Below are positions 57,914 to 64,000 of a stretch of 64,000 nt of DNA, piece after piece (the first letter of the stretch is position 1; the number at the start of each line of letters is the position of its first letter). The notes under the pieces are model-generated. The model ran no database searches. It was not told the origin of the DNA and was given only the letters and a program-made list of their open reading frames with translations. The stretch is from Flavobacteriales bacterium (GTDB taxonomy: Bacteria > Bacteroidota > Bacteroidia > Palsa-965), in the NCBI GenBank assembly GCA_040377305.1, contig JBEIPA010000006.1, positions 64,001-128,000 of the forward strand, written 5' to 3'. The position numbers and the translations under genes are program-made.

Positions 57914-57946
57914 TCCCGATAGTTATCGGGATCCGCTCAGTCTGAC
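57914..57946. repeat. REP-like palindrome plus dispersed repeat (second copy at the window end)
   Basis: tcccgata-gt-tatcggga followed by tccgctcagtctgac; tccgctcagtctga recurs at 63987-64000. Confidence 0.7.
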
Positions 57947-57949
57947 AAG

Positions 57950-59305
57950 TTATTCGCTGAGATCAAACGTCTCCAAAAACTTCGTCGTGTAAACTCCTTT
58001 AATGAAGTCAGGGTCGTTCATCAAACGCAGGTGGAAAGGAATTGTAGTTTTCACGCCTTCGATTACGAATTCGCTGAGAGCGCGACGCATTTTTGCGATT
58101 GCCTCTTCACGGGTTTGTGCCATCGTGATGAGTTTCGCAACCATTGAATCGTAGTTCGGTGGAATTGTGTATCCCGCGTAAATGTGCGAGTCAACACGAA
58201 CACCATGTCCGCCGGGTGTGTGAAGTACAGTGATCTTTCCTGGTGATGGGCGGAAGTTATTGAACGGATCTTCGGCGTTGATACGCACTTCGATTGCGTG
58301 AAGCTGGGGAAAATAATTTTTTCCGGAAATAGGAACGCCTGACGCAATAAGAATCTGTTCGCGGATCAGATCGTAGTCGATAACTTCCTCAGTGATCGGA
58401 TGTTCAACCTGGATACGCGTGTTCATTTCCATGAAGTAGAAGTTGCGATGCTTGTCGACAAGAAATTCTACTGTTCCAACACCTTCGTATGCAACAGCAG
58501 CAGCGGCTTTACATGCAGCGTCTCCCATTTTATTACGAAGCTCATCGGTCATGAAAGGTGAAGGAGTTTCTTCTGCCAGTTTCTGGTGACGACGCTGAAT
58601 TGAGCAATCGCGTTCAGAAAGGTGACATACTTTTCCGTACTGATCGCCGGCAATCTGGATTTCGATGTGACGAGGTTCTTCGATGAACTTCTCCATATAC
58701 ATCGCCCCATTACCAAACGCAGCTTCTGCCTCCTTCGATGCAGATTCAAAATTTGTAACGAGTTCTTCTTCGTTCCAGTTGATACGCATTCCGCGTCCGC
58801 CACCACCTGCAGTTGCTTTGATGATTACGGGATAACCAATTTCATTTGCTTCTGCTTTCGCGTGTTCAATATTTTCAAGAAGTCCTACTCCACCGGGAAC
58901 GCAAGGAACACCTGCAGCAAGCATTGTAGCTTTTGCATTTGACTTGTCGCCCATTGAATCAATCTGCTCCGGCGTTGCGCCAATGAATTTGATTCCGTGT
59001 TCGCCACAGATGCGCGAGAACTTAGAATTTTCAGAGAGGAATCCGTAGCCCGGGTGAATTGCATCTGCGTTTGTAATTTCTGCAGCAGCGATAATGCTCG
59101 GAATATTCAGGTATGAATCTTTGCTTGGAGGTGGTCCTATGCAAACTGCTTCATCTGCAAATTTCACGTGAAGTGATTCTGCATCGGCAGTTGAATACAC
59201 TGCAACCGTTTTTATTCCCATCTCACGACACGTACGAATAATTCGCAGTGCGATTTCGCCGCGGTTCGCGATCAGGATTTTCTTGAACATTTTTTCTTTT
59301 GCCAT
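57950..59305 (-). CDS. accC: Acetyl-CoA carboxylase biotin carboxylase subunit
   Basis: [56 protein letters not shown]. Confidence 0.97.
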   Translation of the reverse strand: MAKEKMFKKILIANRGEIALRIIRTCREMGIKTVAVYSTADAESLHVKFADEAVCIGPPPSKDSYLNIPSIIAAAEITNADAIHPGYGFLSENSKFSRICGEHGIKFIGATPEQIDSMGDKSNAKATMLAAGVPCVPGGVGLLENIEHAKAEANEIGYPVIIKATAGGGGRGMRINWNEEELVTNFESASKEAEAAFGNGAMYMEKFIEEPRHIEIQIAGDQYGKVCHLSERDCSIQRRHQKLAEETPSPFMTDELRNKMGDAACKAAAAVAYEGVGTVEFLVDKHRNFYFMEMNTRIQVEHPITEEVIDYDLIREQILIASGVPISGKNYFPQLHAIEVRINAEDPFNNFRPSPGKITVLHTPGGHGVRVDSHIYAGYTIPPNYDSMVAKLITMAQTREEAIAKMRRALSEFVIEGVKTTIPFHLRLMNDPDFIKGVYTTKFLETFDLSE

Positions 59306-59385
59306 TCGTCAGATCGGAGTTGGGAGATGGGAGACGGGCGAGCACAGTCGTCCATGTCTACACATCTTCAATTTTGATTTCTGCC

Positions 59386-59880
59386 TTAAGCAGGCTCAAC
59401 AAGAAACAAAGGCTGATCGTATTCAACCGGAGTTGCGTCATCAACAAGAACTTTCACGATACGTCCGCTTACTTCGCTTTCGATTTCGTTGAAGAGTTTC
59501 ATGGCTTCGATGATGCAAAGCACTTTACCCGCTTTGATCTCATCGCCAATGTTTGCGAAAGTTGGTTTATCCGGACCTGCTGAACGGTAGAACGTACCGA
59601 TCATTGGTGATTTGATAGTGATCAGGTTTGCATCAGAAGTAGCTGCTCCTTTTGTTTCAGCAACCGGCTGTGTGGCCTGTTGAGAAGCAGGTTGTGCTAC
59701 CTGAGTTACCGGAGCGTGCTGCATCATAGGCACTGCCTGCTGAACAAGTACAGGTTGATCGCCTCTGTTCTTACCATTCGTCTTGATCGTGATCTTAACG
59801 TCTTTGGTTTCCAGTTCAACTTCACTTACACCCGACTTCGCGACAAATTTGATAAGGTCCTGGATTTCGTTGAGTTTCAT
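59386..59880 (-). CDS. accB: Biotin carboxyl carrier protein
   Basis: SPMIGTFYR, EAMKLFNEIE (biotinyl Lys). Confidence 0.97.
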   Translation of the reverse strand: MKLNEIQDLIKFVAKSGVSEVELETKDVKITIKTNGKNRGDQPVLVQQAVPMMQHAPVTQVAQPASQQATQPVAETKGAATSDANLITIKSPMIGTFYRSAGPDKPTFANIGDEIKAGKVLCIIEAMKLFNEIESEVSGRIVKVLVDDATPVEYDQPLFLVEPA

Positions 59881-59931
59881 TGTGCGTTTTGTTTGTTAAT
59901 ATGCAAGCGGTCAAATATAAGGTCTGTTCGT

Positions 59932-60930
59932 CTATTTGGTGTCATATCCCCACTTGAGATATACACTGCCCCAAGTGAATCCGCCGCCAAATGCAGCCAG
60001 AATGATGTTATCGCCTTTTTTGAAGAGTTTTTCGTAATCGTACATGAGCAACGGAATTGTTGCCGCTGTTGTATTTCCATAACGCTCAATGTTCATGAGC
60101 ATTTTTTCAGGGCCAATTCCCATACGGTTTGCAGTTGCGTCGCAAATACGTTTGTTTGCCTGGTGCGGCAACAGGAATGCAACATCTTCTCCGGTGAGGT
60201 TATTCTGCTCGAGAATTTGTGCAGATACTTCTGCCATGTTAACCACTGCATGTTTGAAAACGGCTTGTCCTTCCTGGTAAACAAAATGTTCGCCAGCATC
60301 AACAGTTGTGTGTGATGCAGGTGAAACAGATCCGCCAGAAGCCATGTGCAAATGTGTAACGCCGCTTCCGTCTGATTTCAAAATGAAATCCTGCAATCCG
60401 TTTTCATCTTTCGATGGCTCAAGCAAAACTGCCCCAGCTCCGTCGCCGAAGATGATACACGTTGCTCTGTCTTTATAGTTAATGATCGACGACATTTTAT
60501 CGGCGCCAACCAAAATCACTTTTTTATATCGGCCGCTCTCAATGAATTGTGAAGCAGTTGTAAGTCCGTACAGGAAACCAGAACAAGCTGCAGCGAGATC
60601 GAAGCCCCACGCGTTTGTTAATCCGGCACGTGAACAAACCAAATTTGCAGTAGAAGGAAAAACGTAATCGGGAGTAACTGTAGAGATAATTACGAGTTCA
60701 ATTTCTTCCGGTTTTGTATTCGTTTTCTCGAGGAGATTCTTAATTGCGTTAACCGCCATTACGGAAGTTCCCTGCTTTTCTCCTTTGAGAATTCTGCGTT
60801 CTTTGATCCCGGTTCGCGACTCAATCCACTCGCTGGTTGTATCAACCATTTTCTCAAGATCGGCATTCGACAATACCGTTTCTGGTAAAAATGCCCCTAC
60901 TCCTGTTATTGCTGCCCTGATCTTTGTCAT
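59932..60930 (-). CDS. fabH: Beta-ketoacyl-ACP synthase III
   Basis: WI..RTGIKERR, AACSGF, FGDGAGA, PHQAN.RI, GNT.AA, FGGGFTWG; ATG at 60930. Confidence 0.97.
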   Translation of the reverse strand: MTKIRAAITGVGAFLPETVLSNADLEKMVDTTSEWIESRTGIKERRILKGEKQGTSVMAVNAIKNLLEKTNTKPEEIELVIISTVTPDYVFPSTANLVCSRAGLTNAWGFDLAAACSGFLYGLTTASQFIESGRYKKVILVGADKMSSIINYKDRATCIIFGDGAGAVLLEPSKDENGLQDFILKSDGSGVTHLHMASGGSVSPASHTTVDAGEHFVYQEGQAVFKHAVVNMAEVSAQILEQNNLTGEDVAFLLPHQANKRICDATANRMGIGPEKMLMNIERYGNTTAATIPLLMYDYEKLFKKGDNIILAAFGGGFTWGSVYLKWGYDTK

Positions 60931-60931
60931 A

Positions 60932-61867
60932 CTAGAATGCTTTTCTGATTTTCTCCGGGAGTTTTGCATTCACCACATCACGCGAAAGAGTAATCATGTT
61001 CTTTATTGCGAGCGGGCTTGATATTCCATGTCCGATCATTACGTTTCCGTTTACGCCAAGCACCGGAGTGCCTCCGTAAATTTCGTAGTTGAAACGATCG
61101 AGGTATTCGTTTTTGATATTCTGCTTTTTCATTGCTGCATAAAACGACTCAGCAAATTTGAGCACAACGTTTCCGGTGAATCCTTCGCAGACAATTACAT
61201 CTGCTGTGTCGCCGAACACATCGTAACCTTCGACATTACCAACGAATTTAAAATCGTTGGTGTCTTTCATCAACGCGTAAGCTGCTTGTGCAACGAGATT
61301 CCCCTTTTCAGGTTCTTCGCCGATGTTGAGCAATGCTACACGTGGTTCTTTCACGCCGAATACGTGCTGTGCGAAAAGGTTGCCGAGAATTCCGAACTGG
61401 TACAATACATCTGGCTTGCAATCGGCGTTGCTGCCCACGTCAAGCAGAATTGTGAACCCGCCGTTCTCTTTCGGGAATGCAGTAGTGATGCACGGGCGAA
61501 TAACACCGGGAACAGATTTCACGGTGTACATAGCGCCAACGAGCATAGCTCCGGTATTTCCGCAACTTGCGAACGCGTCGAGTTGGCCTGCAAGCATCAT
61601 CTTGAGACCAACTGCGATTGTAGAATTCTGTTTTTTGGAAAAAGCTTTGACGGGATGTTCTCCCATTTCAATAACTTCAGTTGCGTGTACCACGTCAACT
61701 GCGGAAGGATCAACTCCTTTCGCTTTGAGGTGAGCGCTGATCTGATCCTGATCTCCGATCAGCACTAACCGGACCGAAGCATCGAGTTCTGCAAGCGCAA
61801 GACACACGCCGTCAAGCGGTGCTTGTGGTGCAAAATCTCCGCCTAGGATATCGATCCCGATTCGCAT
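60932..61867 (-). CDS. plsX: Phosphate acyltransferase PlsX
   Basis: D.LGGDFAP, GNTGA, LDVG.NAD, LLNIGEE..KG, GFTGNV.LK, HG.S. Confidence 0.95.
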   Translation of the reverse strand: MRIGIDILGGDFAPQAPLDGVCLALAELDASVRLVLIGDQDQISAHLKAKGVDPSAVDVVHATEVIEMGEHPVKAFSKKQNSTIAVGLKMMLAGQLDAFASCGNTGAMLVGAMYTVKSVPGVIRPCITTAFPKENGGFTILLDVGSNADCKPDVLYQFGILGNLFAQHVFGVKEPRVALLNIGEEPEKGNLVAQAAYALMKDTNDFKFVGNVEGYDVFGDTADVIVCEGFTGNVVLKFAESFYAAMKKQNIKNEYLDRFNYEIYGGTPVLGVNGNVMIGHGISSPLAIKNMITLSRDVVNAKLPEKIRKAF

Positions 61868-61880
61868 TCAGCGCGGCGCC

Positions 61881-62066
61881 TTAGTCTTTTTTCTCCATCA
61901 CCACTTTCCCTTTGTAATAAAGGGCGCCATCGTGCCAATATGCACGGTGCCAGAGGTGAGCTTCGCCTGTTACTCCACATACAGCGATATTCGGCGTTTC
62001 AGCCTTATAGTGTGTGCGGCGCTTATCGCGGCGGCTTTTAGAGTGGCGTTTCTTAGGATTTGGCAT
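61881..62066 (-). CDS. rpmF: 50S ribosomal protein L32
   Basis: [23 protein letters not shown]; yceD-rpmF-plsX synteny. Confidence 0.95.
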   Translation of the reverse strand: MPNPKKRHSKSRRDKRRTHYKAETPNIAVCGVTGEAHLWHRAYWHDGALYYKGKVVMEKKD

Positions 62067-62079
62067 AACTGTTACTTAT

Positions 62080-62598
62080 TTAATTATCACTTTTAAAATT
62101 CTTCAGCGCATTCCAGCGTGGATCGCTTTTGTTTTCTTCTTCTGTTTTTTCTCCCGGATGAAGCTGATCGAGTTTCTGAATTACATCAGGATCGCAACCT
62201 ACATTTTCGGGACACACTCGTTTCGCCGGTATTGCCAATACGATGTACTGGTAAACATAAGGCGTGAGATCAAGTTCGTTTTGCGATTGCGGTATACTGA
62301 TCAAATCGTCTTCGTCTTCGAAGTGATCTGCGTTCAGATTTACTACTACGTTTCGTTGATCTTCGATTTCCTGCGAATACATATTTCCGCATCGATCACA
62401 TTCAAGATCTACGTTACCGTCAATCGCGACATTGAGGTTCAACAGGTGTTGCCTGCGTTCCATCTCTATCGCGACTTTGATATTCCCTGTTTGAATTTCA
62501 GAGAATTCGAGTGCTTCAAAGAACGTATCGTCCAGCTCTGCGCTGAAACTGTAATCTCCTTCTTTCATCCCCGCAAAAGGGATAACCAGATCCTTCAT
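62080..62598 (-). CDS. YceD/DUF177 family protein
   Basis: CDRC, L.IP, DPRW.AL; upstream of rpmF; TAGTTTTG at 62634-62641. Confidence 0.92.
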   Translation of the reverse strand: MKDLVIPFAGMKEGDYSFSAELDDTFFEALEFSEIQTGNIKVAIEMERRQHLLNLNVAIDGNVDLECDRCGNMYSQEIEDQRNVVVNLNADHFEDEDDLISIPQSQNELDLTPYVYQYIVLAIPAKRVCPENVGCDPDVIQKLDQLHPGEKTEEENKSDPRWNALKNFKSDN

Positions 62599-62848
62599 TT
62601 TTTAGCTCCTTTTCCCCTCTGGTAGAAGGGTGGCAAAACTAAACAAATTAACAGGATATCAACAAAAAAAGTGGGTCGAAAATGAGGATTTTCGATGAAA
62701 ATGGGGTGAAAGTTGGAGGTTTTTCGTCAAAATGCTCTGGAAACGGGACGAAAAATGGTTGTTCTACACGCCAGAAGCGCGCAAAACCAGCTGCAGGTGG
62801 GTGGTTTTGTATTAACCGTGCAAGGGTTAAACCCTTGAAGGGTTCAGT

Positions 62849-63913
62849 TTAACGCTCGCGTCCTTCTCTTTGACGAGGAGAAGCTTTCAACGGATTCGCA
62901 CTAATCTCCTTCCAGTTTGAGCGCTTGTTGAAAATATCGACTGCTGCGAAAATCGCTTCGCGCAATGAAGATTCCGAAGCCACGTTTTTACCAGCGATAT
63001 CGAAAGCTGTGCCGTGATCAGGTGAAGTGCGAACGTGAGGAAGTCCGGCGGTGAAGTTTACTCCTGATGAAAACGAAACTGCTTTGAATGGCGCGAGTCC
63101 CTGGTCGTGATACATGGCGAGTACGCCGTCGAATTTTTGCCAGTTGCCTGAACCGAAAAATCCGTCGGCTGGATAAGGTCCGTATGCAGAAATGCCGGCG
63201 TTCTGTAATTGATCAACCGCAGGAAGGATAATATCTTTCTCTTCGTTGCCAAGTTCGCCATTGTCGCCGGCGTGCGGATTTAATCCGAGCACTGCAATGC
63301 GTGGCTTGCGAATTCCGAAGTCCTCGAGCAAAGTCTTCGCCATGATTTTTCCTTTCGCGACGATCTTTTCAATCGTTACTGCAGCAGCAACATCGCGCAG
63401 CGGCAAATGTTCGGTAACAAGTCCAACACGAAGATCATTGCTTACGAGAAGCATCAAAACTTCATTGACGCCGAATTTATTCTTGATATAGCCGGTGTGA
63501 CCGGTGAATCCCGGAAGTGCACGAGCCACTGCGTGTTTGTCGACAGGCGCTGTAACCATTGCATCAATGTAGCCGCGTTGCAAATCTTCTACGCAAACGT
63601 CAATTGCCTTCAGCGCAAGTCGCCCCGAAGTTTCAGAAGGAACTCCGAACTCTACATCGTCTTCTGTTTCAAAACAAGGAACAAGATTAATGCGTTTGTG
63701 ATTGAGCGGTTCGCCTGGTTTCACTACATGCACACCGAAATCTTCAATGCCCATTGCCTTGCGGTGCGCTTGCAGAACTTTTACGGAAGAATAAATAACC
63801 GGGGTTATTAATTCCAGAAGCGCCGGATCTGACAACGCACGAATGATGGTTTCGGGACCGATACCGTTCATGTCGCCTTGGGTAATTCCGATTCTAATCT
63901 TATTATCGCTCAT
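62849..63913 (-). CDS. pdxA: 4-hydroxythreonine-4-phosphate dehydrogenase
   Basis: GD.NGIGPE, TAPV.K, GHT, GLNPHAG, AMYHDQGL, RTSPDHGTAFDIAG. Confidence 0.95.
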   Translation of the reverse strand: MSDNKIRIGITQGDMNGIGPETIIRALSDPALLELITPVIYSSVKVLQAHRKAMGIEDFGVHVVKPGEPLNHKRINLVPCFETEDDVEFGVPSETSGRLALKAIDVCVEDLQRGYIDAMVTAPVDKHAVARALPGFTGHTGYIKNKFGVNEVLMLLVSNDLRVGLVTEHLPLRDVAAAVTIEKIVAKGKIMAKTLLEDFGIRKPRIAVLGLNPHAGDNGELGNEEKDIILPAVDQLQNAGISAYGPYPADGFFGSGNWQKFDGVLAMYHDQGLAPFKAVSFSSGVNFTAGLPHVRTSPDHGTAFDIAGKNVASESSLREAIFAAVDIFNKRSNWKEISANPLKASPRQREGRER

Positions 63914-64000
63914 GTTACAGTAGGCAGTTTGGCAGTAGTGCTGTTGGCAGTCAAATAATTCAGTTATCCTCTTATCAGCCTTCGACTCCGCTCAGTCTGA

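Noticed and set aside
59680-61768. Long antisense ORFs (59680-60315, 61028-61768 and similar ones elsewhere)
   Set aside because: Shadow frames opposite well-conserved genes, with no independent motifs.
61881-62066. L32 lacking the four-Cys zinc ribbon
   Set aside because: Zinc-free L32 variants are well known.

Overview
Bacteroidota chromosome segment, judged from the T9SS translocon sprA, a PorP/SprF gene, T9SS C-terminal-domain proteins, TAnnTTTG promoters and an ACIII-aa3 respiratory operon. It is mostly housekeeping: fcl/gmd, cysQ, deoC with two ALDH genes, cysCDN, gcvH-sprA-ruvA-maeB, sirtuin, ubiX, queG, ruvB, actABCDEF-coxBA, and pdxA-yceD-rpmF-plsX-fabH-accBC. I saw no rRNA, tRNA, CRISPR array, transposase or prophage. 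Best leads: (1) an unannotated Cys/Met-rich leader peptide (MKNNSAIYKSLLKTMSCCMCISR) with mutually exclusive antiterminator and terminator hairpins ahead of cysCDN; (2) a TlpA / DUF6029 barrel / Omp28 operon divergent from two Cys-pair T9SS cargo genes, where every component carries a Cys pair, suggesting a thiol relay across the outer membrane; (3) a cyanobacterial/plant-like homogentisate prenyltransferase plus methyltransferase, divergent from an MCE (MlaEFD-like) transporter that ends in two unannotated paralogous 57-58 aa membrane proteins; (4) a split ALDH16-like pair next to deoC; (5) many REP-like and short-repeat hairpins, one entering the cysN coding sequence and one between accC and a degenerate copy of its 3' end. 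All family calls come from motif recognition by eye; no database searches were run.
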